From a virus (lineage: Duplodnaviria; Caudoviricetes): a stretch of 28,532 bases of DNA. The stretch is taken from IMG/VR virus record IMGVR_UViG_3300017911_001873, positions 1 to 28,532 of that record. One strand, 5' to 3'. The position numbers and the translations under genes were made by a program. Of this stretch, positions 1 through 10,079 are shown in pieces. The notes below the pieces were generated by a model. That model was not told the origin of the DNA. It searched no databases and was given only the letters and a program-made list of their open reading frames with translations. Every line of letters starts with the position of its first letter. Positions within the stretch are counted from its first letter, which is position 1.

Positions 1-992
1 ATCTGAATCTCGCGTCGCACCGATTCGAGGCTTTCAAACGAAAAAACGACTATTTGTTCAATGTGCGTTGCCCTATCTGCGGTGACTCGCAAAAGAACAA
101 GCGCAAGATGCGCGGTTATCTGTTCAAGAAGAACAACGATCTGGTATATAAGTGCCATAACTGTCAGTGGTCAGGATCTTTCGGTAAACTTCTAAAAGAG
201 ATTGATCAGATCCTGTATAAGCAGTATGTCCTAGAAAGGTATGCTGATGGCACACAGGGTAAAGGCAGAGGTCATAATAAACCTCAAGATTTGTTCGACT
301 TCACGCCCCAGTTTGCTGAAAAGTCTATCCTAGATGAATTGATGGATAAACTCAGCACGCTTCCTATTGATCACGAGGCAGTTGAGTATGCAGTATCTAG
401 AGGATTGCCCAAAGAATCATTTGATAGATTGTATTATATACATAACATCAAAGATATCGTTCAGCTGAACGACAAATATAAGGAAAGTATCATTACTGAA
501 GAGCCACGGTTGGCTATCCCATTTATCAATGAGGATGGTAAATTGACTGCAGTATCGCTTCGAGGGATGCGTGGAGAGGCACTGAGATACATTCAAGTTA
601 AGGTAGATGAAAATGCCCCGACTGTTTTCGGGCTGGATGCTATCGATAAGAACATGCCAGTTATCGTAGTTGAAGGTCCACTTGATTCCTTGTTCATACC
701 AAACTCTATCGCTTGTGCTGGCACTTCTTTCAACAAGGTCGATGAACTTGGTTTGAACAAGGAAACAACCACTATTGTATTCGATAATCAGCCTCGTAAC
801 AAAGAGGTATGTAAATTGATTGACAAATACATCAACCTCGATTACAACGTTGTTATTTGGCCAAGTAATGTCGCTGGTAAAGACATCAATGACATGGCTA
901 ATGAGGGTATCGACGCATATAAATTAATAAAAGAGAACACTTTCCGTGGTTTGTCCGCGAAAGCAAAATATTCGTTATGGAGAAAAATATGA
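1..992 (+). CDS. gp61: T4-like DNA primase (gp61), 5'-truncated by window edge
   Basis: Frame is open from position 3. N-terminal Zn ribbon CPICGDS...YKCHNC; Toprim motif VVEGPLDSLF and DNQPRN/KDIND typical of T4 gp61. Confidence 0.95.
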   Translation, partial: LNLASHRFEAFKRKNDYLFNVRCPICGDSQKNKRKMRGYLFKKNNDLVYKCHNCQWSGSFGKLLKEIDQILYKQYVLERYADGTQGKGRGHNKPQDLFDFTPQFAEKSILDELMDKLSTLPIDHEAVEYAVSRGLPKESFDRLYYIHNIKDIVQLNDKYKESIITEEPRLAIPFINEDGKLTAVSLRGMRGEALRYIQVKVDENAPTVFGLDAIDKNMPVIVVEGPLDSLFIPNSIACAGTSFNKVDELGLNKETTTIVFDNQPRNKEVCKLIDKYINLDYNVVIWPSNVAGKDINDMANEGIDAYKLIKENTFRGLSAKAKYSLWRKI

Positions 993-1651
993 GCGAAGTG
1001 AATCTTATCGCTTTGAGTAAACCATCAGCTATCACAGATTGCCATACAGCTGCTGACCTCATCGCATATACAGCAAGGGTAAGCAATCCTGCTAATCAAA
1101 ATAATACTGAAACAGCACCTCGCCTTCTTCGGTATCTGATCAGAGAACAACATTGGTCACCGTTTGAGATGGTGCACATGACACTTGAAATCAAAACGAC
1201 TCGTGACATCGCACGTCAAATCTTGCGCCATCGGTCGTTTTCATTCCAAGAGTTTAGTCAGCGTTATGCAGACCCCACACAAGATTTGGGTTTTGTTGAA
1301 CGTGAGGCTCGTCTGCAAGATATTAAGAATCGTCAGAACTCTGTAGAGACAGATGATGATGACTTACAAACTGCATGGTGGGCGCAACAATCTCTTGTCG
1401 TTGACCAAGCGAAGAAGGCATATGCTTGGGCAATCGAGAAGGGTATCGCAAAAGAACAGGCTCGTGCAGTTCTTCCTGAAGGCAATACCCAATCGACAAT
1501 TTACATGTCAGGCACATTGCGTAGTTGGATTCACTATTGTGAACTTCGCCGTGGTAACGGAACGCAGAAAGAGCATGCACAAATTGCTGATAAGTGCTGG
1601 GAAATTATTGGCGTCCACTTCCCTGATATCGTTGCTGCTCTGGAGGAGTAA
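989..1651 (+). CDS. thyX: Flavin-dependent thymidylate synthase
   Basis: ThyX signature RHRSFSFQEFSQRY, plus HWSPFE and ARAVLP; GGAG SD and ATGA overlap with the primase stop favour start 989. Confidence 0.96.
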   Translation: MSEVNLIALSKPSAITDCHTAADLIAYTARVSNPANQNNTETAPRLLRYLIREQHWSPFEMVHMTLEIKTTRDIARQILRHRSFSFQEFSQRYADPTQDLGFVEREARLQDIKNRQNSVETDDDDLQTAWWAQQSLVVDQAKKAYAWAIEKGIAKEQARAVLPEGNTQSTIYMSGTLRSWIHYCELRRGNGTQKEHAQIADKCWEIIGVHFPDIVAALEE

Positions 1652-2373
1652 TGGGTCTGGGCTGGTCAGACGGTTTTCAGCAGCAGTTAGATCCCGTGTT
1701 AGAATTAAACTGGGATATCGACAAAGCAGACCTAAAATCCGAATTGCTAAATTCTAGTGACGGAGTTTTTGTTCACAAATTTTTCAAAGTGATTACTCCG
1801 ATGGGTAAGAAGGGGCTGTATCCTAATTTAGATTTCTACACTGAACAATTAGAATATTATTTCGATTGTCCTATAGGTAGTAGTTATATCATACAAGATC
1901 CCAATGTTACATATCCTCTTCATAATGATACGATTGCCTCTGCTGGCTTTGCTTTGAATAAGAAGGGTATAGCTGCTAAACTAAAATTGTCTGGGGCTGA
2001 AGATATGGGTAAATTGAGTCAATATACTTATGATCAAGCAACAGATCGTGATGATATTTTTATCGATATCGATAAAAGAATTTATGAATACACAGGTGAA
2101 CTATTGACATCCGAAGAAATAGCTAATTGGCGTCAATCTACTCCTCGAGTAAGCATTAATGTTTTATTATCTGATAAAAATGCACCTGTCACTTTTGTAG
2201 AAGATGAAGTTAAAACTGACTATGAATACGCTGTAGCAGCTTTAAATGTTGATATGCCACATGAAATAATTAATTTCAATGAGGTAAGATATTTAGCAAG
2301 ATTCGTAATATACGATAAAACTTTTAATGAATGTTATAATATTCTTCGCCCACGAAATTTTCGGATACACTAA
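1651..2373 (+). CDS. Hypothetical protein, possible 2OG-Fe(II)/cupin (DSBH) oxygenase-like
   Basis: HxD (LHND), SINVLL strand, distal LNVDMPHEIIN..E.R pattern; translationally coupled to thyX; visibly AT-rich. Confidence 0.5.
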   Translation: MGLGWSDGFQQQLDPVLELNWDIDKADLKSELLNSSDGVFVHKFFKVITPMGKKGLYPNLDFYTEQLEYYFDCPIGSSYIIQDPNVTYPLHNDTIASAGFALNKKGIAAKLKLSGAEDMGKLSQYTYDQATDRDDIFIDIDKRIYEYTGELLTSEEIANWRQSTPRVSINVLLSDKNAPVTFVEDEVKTDYEYAVAALNVDMPHEIINFNEVRYLARFVIYDKTFNECYNILRPRNFRIH

Positions 2374-2397
2374 ATAGATTACCTTCAGGAGAAATTT

Positions 2398-2598
2398 ATG
2401 GCTAAAATTTATGAATCGCCCGATAAGGGTAAGACGATTTTTATGCGGGAATTCGGTGAAGACCCGAAAAACCGCAAAGAACTCACGGAGTATATGAGTC
2501 CGGATCCTGATGAGCGCGAGTGGGAATATGCTGGCGATGGAACGAAAATTTATAAGCCAGAAGCTGGCAAACCAACCCCAACAATTTACGAGAAATAA
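2398..2598 (+). CDS. Small hypothetical phage protein
   Basis: CAGGAG SD; KIYESPDKGKTIF N-terminus of a type seen in T4-like phages; abuts nrdA. Confidence 0.75.
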   Translation: MAKIYESPDKGKTIFMREFGEDPKNRKELTEYMSPDPDEREWEYAGDGTKIYKPEAGKPTPTIYEK

Positions 2599-4398
2599 AT
2601 GGCTAAAACTGAGTATCTGGGACTCCAGATTGACGAGTCCCGTGACGAACTATTTGATAAACTTGGTGTTCAACGCCTACAAGAAAGCTATATGCGAGAA
2701 GACGAAACTTCACCGCAACATCGTTTCGCATATGTGAGCAAGGCATTCGCTACAGATGACGCACACGCGCAACGCTTGTATGAGTATTCGTCAAAGCACT
2801 GGTTGTCATATTCTACACCGATCTTGTCATACGGTCGCTCAAAGCGTGGTATGCCTATCTCTTGTTTCCTGAACTATATCGAGGATACAGCTGAAGGTCT
2901 GGTTCAAAACTTCAGCGAGACAGCTTGGTTGTCGATGCTGGGTGGCGGTGTTGGTATCGGTTTCGGTATCCGTGCTGCTGATGAGAAGTCAACTGGTGTG
3001 ATGCCTCACCTCAAAACGTATGATGCATCATCGCTCGCTTATCGTCAAGGTAAAACTCGTCGCGGTTCATATGCTGCATATCTCGATATTTCTCATCCAG
3101 ATATTATGATGTTCCTCGAGATGCGCAAGCCAACAGGCGACCAGAACATGCGCGCTCTGAACTTGCATCATGGTATCAATATCAGCGACCGCTTCATGGA
3201 AGTCATCGAACGCTGTATGCAAGATCCTGATGCCGATGATGGTTGGAATCTTATCGAGCCTCATAGCGGTGCGATCCGTGAAACTGTATCGGCGAAAGCA
3301 CTCTGGCAGAAAATTCTTGAACTACGCATGGAAACTGGTGAGCCATACATTCACTATATCGACACCAGTAACCGACTAATGCCAGAGTTTCAAAAAGAAC
3401 TCGGTCTCAAGATCCACCAATCCAACCTCTGCTCTGAAATTATCCTCCCCACAAATGAAGAACGCACCGCAGTTTGCTGCCTCTCGTCAGTAAACTTGGA
3501 ACATTATGACGCATGGTCAAAAGACCCGATGTTCTTGCAGGATATGGCAGAGATGCTTGATAATGTTCTTCAACACTTTATTGATAATGCACCAGACACA
3601 GTAAGTCGTGCTAAATATAGTGCGACTCGTGAAAGATCGATCGGCATTGGTGCACTTGGCTTTCACGCATATTTACAAAAGAAAGGTATCGCATGGGAAA
3701 GCGCAGTAGCCAAGGGTGCTAATATGCGTATGTTCCGATTGATCAGGAGTAAATTAGATGAAGCAAATATTCAATTGGGTAAAGAACGAGGAGAAGCCCC
3801 AGACGCTGCAGGAACAGGCAAAAGATTTAGCCACGTTATGGCTATCGCTCCTAATGCTTCCTCCTCTATTATTATGGGAAACACTTCGCCTTCTATTGAA
3901 CCTTTTAGAGCAAATGCCTATCGACAGGATACTCTATCGGGAGCTTATCTTAACAAGAATAAGTATCTCGATGCTCTCATTAAGGCAAAATGTGAAGAAA
4001 ATAAGAAGCTGGATTATGACGAAGTTTGGTCGTCGATAATCGCGAACGACGGTTCTGCTCAACATCTGTCTTTCCTTGACGACAAGGACAAAGACGTATT
4101 CAAAACATCTATGGAAATTGATCAGCGTTGGCTCATCGAACACGCTGCCGATCGTCAAAACTTCATCGACCAAGCACAGTCGTTGAACCTGTTCTTCCGT
4201 CCAGATGTAAACATTAAATATCTCCATGCCATTCATTACCTCGCATGGAAACAAGGTTTGAAAACACTTTATTATTGCCGCTCAGAAAAACTGGGTAAAG
4301 CTGATAAAGTTTCTAAAGCTATTGAACGCCAAGTGATTAAAGAAATTGATATGCAGGCATTGATTGATGAAGAAACTTGTATCGCATGTGAGGGATAG
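2599..4398 (+). CDS. nrdA: Ribonucleotide reductase class Ia alpha subunit (no ATP cone)
   Basis: SCF, SNLCSEI (catalytic Cys/Glu), IAPNASSS, KTLYY and C-terminal CIACEG redox pair. Confidence 0.97.
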   Translation: MAKTEYLGLQIDESRDELFDKLGVQRLQESYMREDETSPQHRFAYVSKAFATDDAHAQRLYEYSSKHWLSYSTPILSYGRSKRGMPISCFLNYIEDTAEGLVQNFSETAWLSMLGGGVGIGFGIRAADEKSTGVMPHLKTYDASSLAYRQGKTRRGSYAAYLDISHPDIMMFLEMRKPTGDQNMRALNLHHGINISDRFMEVIERCMQDPDADDGWNLIEPHSGAIRETVSAKALWQKILELRMETGEPYIHYIDTSNRLMPEFQKELGLKIHQSNLCSEIILPTNEERTAVCCLSSVNLEHYDAWSKDPMFLQDMAEMLDNVLQHFIDNAPDTVSRAKYSATRERSIGIGALGFHAYLQKKGIAWESAVAKGANMRMFRLIRSKLDEANIQLGKERGEAPDAAGTGKRFSHVMAIAPNASSSIIMGNTSPSIEPFRANAYRQDTLSGAYLNKNKYLDALIKAKCEENKKLDYDEVWSSIIANDGSAQHLSFLDDKDKDVFKTSMEIDQRWLIEHAADRQNFIDQAQSLNLFFRPDVNIKYLHAIHYLAWKQGLKTLYYCRSEKLGKADKVSKAIERQVIKEIDMQALIDEETCIACEG

Positions 4399-4963
4399 TA
4401 TCCCCACCAATAAACGTATCGCTGTATGCGTATCAGGTGGTTGGGATAGTGCTGTTCTTTGGCATATTGTATATAATGAGTGTAAGAAAAGAGGGCAGAG
4501 TTGCCGACCTTACACAGTCCCGAAGATCGATGGGGCAGTAAAATATGCTAATCAAGTTTTAGCTTGGTCAGGATATGACACTGAAACAAATATAGTTGGA
4601 AGTATAGATTCTGAAAATCCTTCTGATTATGTAAAGAGCGGTGTCAAAGAAATACTTATGAGTGGTTATGCAGATATCGTGTATTCTGCTGTGACTAAGT
4701 ATTATGATGAGATGGATCCTGATCAGGATCGAATATTTACAAAAGGAACGCCTTTCGAGGATATCGTTCCCCAACCGTTTGCGGATCTAACTAAAGACCA
4801 AACTGTTCAGTTGGCTTTTGACTTGGGTATCGCTGACGATATTATGGATATTACTCATAGTTGCACTGAGCGCGACGAGGGTAGATGTGGTTACTGTCCA
4901 TGGTGTAAAGAACGCCAATGGGCATTTGATAAAATTAATAAACTAGATAAAGGAACAAACTGA
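4364..4963 (+). CDS. QueC-like PP-loop ATPase with Cys-rich Zn motif
   Basis: SGGWDS PP-loop, PFADLTK, THSC...CGYCPWCKER; true start may be GTG at 4388. Confidence 0.75.
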   Translation: MMKKLVSHVRDSIPTNKRIAVCVSGGWDSAVLWHIVYNECKKRGQSCRPYTVPKIDGAVKYANQVLAWSGYDTETNIVGSIDSENPSDYVKSGVKEILMSGYADIVYSAVTKYYDEMDPDQDRIFTKGTPFEDIVPQPFADLTKDQTVQLAFDLGIADDIMDITHSCTERDEGRCGYCPWCKERQWAFDKINKLDKGTN

Positions 4964-5175
4964 TGGTTGTAAAAATTTATTCAAGAGAAGATTGCTCATT
5001 TTGTCAACAGGCAAAAGAGTTTTTGACTGGCTTTGAAATTGATTATGTAGAAGAACATCAACCTACAGGTCAAGTTCCACAAATTTATGCGGGTGAAAAG
5101 CACATTGGTGGCTATACAGAATTGGTCGAACTATCACAATCTATTACCAAATGGGAAGAAACTTTCAATGTCTAA
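4963..5175 (+). CDS. Glutaredoxin (NrdC/NrdH-like)
   Basis: CSFC active site, VPQI, HIGGY; lies between nrdA and nrdB. Confidence 0.92.
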   Translation: MVVKIYSREDCSFCQQAKEFLTGFEIDYVEEHQPTGQVPQIYAGEKHIGGYTELVELSQSITKWEETFNV

Positions 5176-6154
5176 AAAACTAACACTGCAAGACGAACGC
5201 GACTTTTTTAAACCTTTTAACTATCCTTGGGCATACGAGGCATGGTTGAAACACGAGCAGTCACACTGGCTGCATACCGAAGTTCCTATGGCTGAAGATG
5301 TCAAGGACTGGAAAAACAAACTCACTGATGCCGAAAAATCATTCCTGACCAACATCTTCCGTTTCTTTACGCAAGGCGACATTGATGTGGCTGGTGGTTA
5401 TGTAACTAACTATCTGCCATACTTCCCACAACCAGAAGTGCGTATGATGCTTGCAGGTTTCGCCGCTCGTGAAGCACTTCACGTTGCCGCATATTCGCAT
5501 CTGATTGAGACTCTGGGAATGCCAGAGTCAACTTATAGTGAGTTCCTGGAATATGAAGCTATGAAGGATAAGCACGAATATTTCATGGATCTTTCAAATG
5601 CTAATGGAACGAAGGAAAGCGTTGCTACAAACATCGCCGCATTCAGTGCATTCACTGAGGGCATGCAACTATTTTCCTCTTTCATTATGCTTCTGAACTT
5701 CCCACGTCACGGTATGATGAAAGGGATGGGTCAGATTGTAACATGGTCAATCGTGGATGAGACACAGCATGCTGAAAGTATGATCAAGTTGTTCCGCACA
5801 TATGTTGAAGAAAATAGAGAAATCTGGAACGACTCACTGAAAAGTCAGATCTACGTTATCGCTGAGAAGATGGTCGAACTTGAAGATAAGTTTATCGACC
5901 TCGCCTTTGCTATGGGTGACATGAGAGATCTGAAACCAGAAGAAGTGAAAAAATACATTCGTTATATCGCCGATCGTCGCCTGATCAGTTTGGGCATGAA
6001 AGGTATTTTCAAAGTCAAGAAGAACCCATTGCCGTGGGTGGAGGAGATGATTAATGCTCCGACACATACTAACTTTTTTGAAAATAGAGCAACCGACTAT
6101 GCACGTGGTGCATTGAAGGGTGATTGGCAAGATGTATGGGGTTCAGCCGCATAA
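5168..6154 (+). CDS. nrdB: Ribonucleotide reductase class Ia beta subunit
   Basis: FFTQGD, EALHVAAY, EGMQLFSSF, DETQH diiron ligands, NFFENR.TDY; ATG at 5168 overlaps the glutaredoxin end. Confidence 0.97.
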   Translation: MSKKLTLQDERDFFKPFNYPWAYEAWLKHEQSHWLHTEVPMAEDVKDWKNKLTDAEKSFLTNIFRFFTQGDIDVAGGYVTNYLPYFPQPEVRMMLAGFAAREALHVAAYSHLIETLGMPESTYSEFLEYEAMKDKHEYFMDLSNANGTKESVATNIAAFSAFTEGMQLFSSFIMLLNFPRHGMMKGMGQIVTWSIVDETQHAESMIKLFRTYVEENREIWNDSLKSQIYVIAEKMVELEDKFIDLAFAMGDMRDLKPEEVKKYIRYIADRRLISLGMKGIFKVKKNPLPWVEEMINAPTHTNFFENRATDYARGALKGDWQDVWGSAA

Positions 6155-6166
6155 AGGAAAAAATAT

Positions 6167-6340
6167 ATGGCTAATCCAACTAAACAAAGATGTGAATGTT
6201 CATCCTGTGACGCATTGTTCTGGGTAGAACACGATATGGATGAACAATTTTATCCTGTTACTAACTGTCCATTTTGTGGTGACGAACTGGATATCGAAGA
6301 AGAACTGGAATTAGATTACGGAGAAGAATACGATGTATGA
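6167..6340 (+). CDS. Small zinc-ribbon protein (57 aa, not in ORF track)
   Basis: AAGGA SD; MANPTKQRCECSSC...CPFCG with acidic tail. Confidence 0.8.
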   Translation: MANPTKQRCECSSCDALFWVEHDMDEQFYPVTNCPFCGDELDIEEELELDYGEEYDV

Positions 6341-6686
6341 GTATAGCGCAACGCTGACATACTGGGTTGATGGTGATACATGTGATGTTGATATCGATTT
6401 AGGATTTGGTGTTGTGTTGAAAGACCAGCGTCTAAGACTTCAAGGTATCAATACACCAGAAACTCGCACGAGGGATGAAGAAGAAAAACGAGCAGGTTTG
6501 CTCGCTACAAACTTTTGTAAGTCTCGGATTCCTGAAGGCAAAAAATGTAGAATTAGAACTGTCAAAGATGGTAAAGGTAAATTTGGTCGTATCCTAGCAG
6601 AAGTTCTGTATATGGATAATGATGAAAACTGGGTGAACCTGAACGAACAGTTACTTGATCAAGGTCATGCCGTCCCATACGAATAA
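6333..6686 (+). CDS. Thermonuclease (SNase-like) family protein
   Basis: VDGDT, RLQGINTPE, KGKFGRILA and LLDQGHA motifs. Confidence 0.9.
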   Translation: MYEYSATLTYWVDGDTCDVDIDLGFGVVLKDQRLRLQGINTPETRTRDEEEKRAGLLATNFCKSRIPEGKKCRIRTVKDGKGKFGRILAEVLYMDNDENWVNLNEQLLDQGHAVPYE

Positions 6687-6713
6687 ATAATGAGAATTTA
6701 GTGAAAGGAGGAT

Positions 6714-7373
6714 TTGCCGTTGCCGAGTGATGCTACTAAATTTTGTTATGGAAATTTTTCTCAAAAAATGTGTAACTTAGATCAACCATATCTCCCCTTC
6801 GTAGATACAGAAGATAATGGATGGTCTGGTGATCCCATAAATTATAAAACAAATTCATATGGCTTTAGGTCTAAGGAATTTACATATGAAAGGGAATCTA
6901 TTACATTTTTAGGATGTAGTCACACATATGGGGTAGGTTTACCTGTAGATAGGATATGGTGTCATTTAGTAGCAAATGTTATTGGGTTGCCGTATTATAA
7001 TCTATCTGTTGGTGCTGGAAGTTTAGATTCGGCATTTAGAGTTATGTTTGAATGGTTCCCTACTATTCAATCAAAATATGTGTTTCTACAAAAACCAGAG
7101 CCACGCCGTGAGGTTATTCAACATAATGGTATTATAGAGAGACATCTTCCATCTACAAATGATTCTACGCTATTAGGTGAAGATGAATGCCGATTAAACT
7201 CTGAAAAAAATATATTAGCTATCGAAAAGATTTGTGAAAAGTATGGTTCGAAATTAGTTATTGTTGATAATAATAACTTTCAGGGAAAAGATGTAGCCAG
7301 AGATAAAATGCATTTCGGTTATGATATGCATGAATATTTCGCAAAGGCAGCTTTAAAATTATCCTATAAATAA
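6714..7373 (+). CDS. SGNH-like hydrolase/acyltransferase paralog 1
   Basis: NSYGFR, FLGCSHTYGVG, NLSVGAGS, C-terminal ARDKMHFG; AGGAGG SD before TTG. Confidence 0.65.
   Translation: MPLPSDATKFCYGNFSQKMCNLDQPYLPFVDTEDNGWSGDPINYKTNSYGFRSKEFTYERESITFLGCSHTYGVGLPVDRIWCHLVANVIGLPYYNLSVGAGSLDSAFRVMFEWFPTIQSKYVFLQKPEPRREVIQHNGIIERHLPSTNDSTLLGEDECRLNSEKNILAIEKICEKYGSKLVIVDNNNFQGKDVARDKMHFGYDMHEYFAKAALKLSYK
7365..7372 (+). promoter_or_regulatory. T4-type late promoter TATAAATA
   Basis: Exact gp55 consensus, 4 nt upstream of ATG 7377. Confidence 0.75.
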
Positions 7374-7376
7374 TGT

Positions 7377-7715
7377 ATGGCAAAACGGAAACCTAAAGAG
7401 AAACAGGTTCACCGAGTATATTGCACTTATTTCCCGAATGGCGATTATTATATTGGCTATTCGGGAAAGCCGCAACGACTGTATGAAAAGTATTATGGCT
7501 CATCAAAGTATGTGCTGCAATATGAAGGTGAATTGAAAAAAGAAACTATCGCTGAGTTCGAGATGAAATCTTGGGCTAAGATGCAAGAGTTTTTATTGCA
7601 GTGGCAACAAAGGCACGATCCCAAGTGCCTCAACTCTATGTTAAATATTAGATTAAATAAAGAACCACTGGCTGACTTTGAGCCAGTAGAATGGGAACCT
7701 AAATGGGATATGTAG
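7377..7715 (+). CDS. Stand-alone GIY-YIG-like nuclease domain
   Basis: RVYCTY...YYIGYSG...YYGSS...E...LN pattern of Seg-type GIY-YIG domains; no DNA-binding tail. Confidence 0.6.
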   Translation: MAKRKPKEKQVHRVYCTYFPNGDYYIGYSGKPQRLYEKYYGSSKYVLQYEGELKKETIAEFEMKSWAKMQEFLLQWQQRHDPKCLNSMLNIRLNKEPLADFEPVEWEPKWDM

Positions 7716-8635
7716 CATTACTATTCGCATCTGCTCTCGGAGTATCAGCAGTAGCTGGTTACTTCTCGATCGTTGGTCTTATGGCGATCTTCCCAGCAGC
7801 CGCGATATCAATCCTTGCTATGGGCATAGTTCTCGAAGTCGCTAAACTGGTGACAGCCTCTTGGTTGTATCAAAACTGGGATCGTGCGAATATTATCATG
7901 AAGGCATATTTTGTGCCAGCCGTAGCGATTCTATCAATCATCACATCTATGGGTATCTTCGGATTCCTATCTAAAGCACACATTGATCAAGGAGTAGAAA
8001 GTGGTGACGCATCAGCAAAAATTGAAAGACTGGATACCCGTATCAATGCCAATACGCGCGAGGTGGAGCGAGCCCAAAGAACGCTTGACGCCTTTGACGC
8101 GACGCTTGACCGTTACACTTCATTGGGGTTCGTTACTCGTGGTCTTGATGCGCGCAAGGAACAAAAAGAAGAGCGCGAGGCGATGCGTGCTATCATCGAC
8201 AAAGCAGAAGCGGAAAACGATAAGCTATATGACGAAAGGTCGGAACTATCAGCCGAAGTCCGTGCCTTCGAAGTCGAAGTTGGTCCAATCAAATATATCG
8301 CCGATCTCATCTACGAAGATGGACGCGAAAACTTGGAAGAAGCGGTCAGAGCCGTTATCATCATGCTCGTATTGGTTTTTGATCCATTGGCAATTCTCCT
8401 CGTTATTGCAGCGAATATGCAACTCAACTATGCCACGGGGAAGCGTATTGACTTCCTCTCCCTCGATGAGATCGTCACTGAAACTGCAGAAGAAATCGTG
8501 GAGAGTGCTGACGATAAACCTAAAGTAGATCAAGAAGTCATCGACAAGATTGCATCGGGTGAAACTCTGAATCCAGTCGCTCGCAAAAAAGCACTTGATT
8601 GGTTAATTGATAGTAAACGTAAAAAAAGTTCTTGA
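7703..8635 (+). CDS. Multi-pass membrane protein with coiled-coil, conserved type in large phages
   Basis: Three N-terminal hydrophobic helices, TSMGIFGFLS, coiled-coil, EVGPIKYIA, VFDPLA helix. Confidence 0.8.
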   Translation: MGYVALLFASALGVSAVAGYFSIVGLMAIFPAAAISILAMGIVLEVAKLVTASWLYQNWDRANIIMKAYFVPAVAILSIITSMGIFGFLSKAHIDQGVESGDASAKIERLDTRINANTREVERAQRTLDAFDATLDRYTSLGFVTRGLDARKEQKEEREAMRAIIDKAEAENDKLYDERSELSAEVRAFEVEVGPIKYIADLIYEDGRENLEEAVRAVIIMLVLVFDPLAILLVIAANMQLNYATGKRIDFLSLDEIVTETAEEIVESADDKPKVDQEVIDKIASGETLNPVARKKALDWLIDSKRKKSS

Positions 8636-8660
8636 CATTTCTGGGCATATATAGTAATCT
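8632..8660 (+). promoter_or_regulatory. Sigma70-like promoter
   Basis: TTGACA-17-TAATCT upstream of AAGGAG SD and ATG 8689. Confidence 0.6.
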
Positions 8661-8688
8661 AAGAATATGATTACTAAAGGAGTCCATT

Positions 8689-9201
8689 ATGGCACGAGAA
8701 CCACAACCGTTCGAGCGGAAGAAGGTGCGCAAACGTCGCAAACCTATGACCGAGGAACAAAAAGCAGCCGCTGTCGAGCGTCTGAAAGCAGCTCGTGAAG
8801 CGAAAGCTGCTAAAAATCCCAACCAAAAACCTGCTAATGTATGCGATAAAGTTCTAGCATATCCTGACGAATACTATCTATCTTATGTGAAGGTTCGTGA
8901 GTGGATCAAAGCTAATCAGGAAAAGTTGAAAGAAGCTCGAGCTGAAGAACGCCGCAATGTAAAAGGCGCGCATGCTGAGGTAAAAAGCCTAGAAGCATAC
9001 ATTCGCAACATGAATAAGTATTTACGTGATGGCGATTGGGCTGACAGTTTTTATGGCGAAGACATGAATAAGTTGATAAAATGGCGTTGCCTTGTTCCTG
9101 CTTATGATGAGCACGGCAATATCAAACGTCAACATGGTGTATATTATGATGACCTCGGATATCGCTGGGGCTTCGAAGATGAGTATGAGGATGAAGTATG
9201 A
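8689..9201 (+). CDS. Basic hypothetical protein upstream of RNase H
   Basis: Strong SD; RKRRKPMTEEQ basic N-terminus; ATGA coupling to rnh. Confidence 0.8.
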   Translation: MAREPQPFERKKVRKRRKPMTEEQKAAAVERLKAAREAKAAKNPNQKPANVCDKVLAYPDEYYLSYVKVREWIKANQEKLKEARAEERRNVKGAHAEVKSLEAYIRNMNKYLRDGDWADSFYGEDMNKLIKWRCLVPAYDEHGNIKRQHGVYYDDLGYRWGFEDEYEDEV

Positions 9202-10079
9202 TTGTTATCGATTATAACCAGACCTTCATCTCCAACTTCATGGCAGAAACACGCGGTCGACCTGATGTTGATATTAACATCGATCTTCTTCGCCATATGA
9301 TACTTAATCAAATACGTGGTTATCGTAAACGCTTCGGCAATGATTATGGCGAAGTTGTTATTGCTTGTGATAATAGGCGTTATTGGCGTCGCGAAGTTTA
9401 CCCGTATTACAAAGCTGCTCGTAAGAAGGCACGTGACGCGAGCGGTCATGATTGGTCATCTATCTTTGACGCTTTACATATGATCAGGAATGAACTTGAT
9501 GAGTTTATGCCCTACCCACTACTAGATATTGAAGGTGCAGAGGCAGATGATGTAATTGGTGCGTTGGCTGAATATAGTCAGACATCTCAAGAGGGTGCGC
9601 TGTTCGAAGAAGCAGAACCATTCCTTATCATCTCAGGCGACCATGACTTCCAGCAGCTGCAGAAATATCCTAATGTGAATCAATATTCGCCAATGAAGAA
9701 GCGGATGGTTAAGCTGAAAGAGTCACCACAAGAGGTATTGATGGAGCATATCATCACAGGCGATAAGGGTGATGGTGTTCCAAATATCCTGAGTGCTGAT
9801 GATACATTTGTGACTGATGGTAAACGTCAGAAGCCAATCCGCAAAAATCTGTTAGCTCAATGGAAGAAACAGAAGCCTGAAGATTTCGTTACAGGCGAGA
9901 TGGCTGCTGGGTATGTTCGGAACAGGCAACTGGTCGACCTTTCTCAAACTCCACAAGACATTAAAGATGCAGTTATAAGTAGTTATGAGCAGCAAAAAGG
10001 TAAGAGCCGTGCCCACTTGCTGAATTACTTTGTAAAATATCGGCTGAAAAATATGATGGAAGTCGCGGAGGACTTTTGA
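9198..10079 (+). CDS. rnh: T4-like RNase H (5'-3' exonuclease, FEN family)
   Basis: IDYNQ, YWRR..YPYYKA.R, EADDVIG, SGDHDFQQL, GDKGDGVPN. Confidence 0.95.
   Translation: MIVIDYNQTFISNFMAETRGRPDVDINIDLLRHMILNQIRGYRKRFGNDYGEVVIACDNRRYWRREVYPYYKAARKKARDASGHDWSSIFDALHMIRNELDEFMPYPLLDIEGAEADDVIGALAEYSQTSQEGALFEEAEPFLIISGDHDFQQLQKYPNVNQYSPMKKRMVKLKESPQEVLMEHIITGDKGDGVPNILSADDTFVTDGKRQKPIRKNLLAQWKKQKPEDFVTGEMAAGYVRNRQLVDLSQTPQDIKDAVISSYEQQKGKSRAHLLNYFVKYRLKNMMEVAEDF

Noticed and set aside
2599-6154. Introns or inteins in nrdA/nrdB
   Set aside because: Both ORFs are continuous and compact with all motifs in order.
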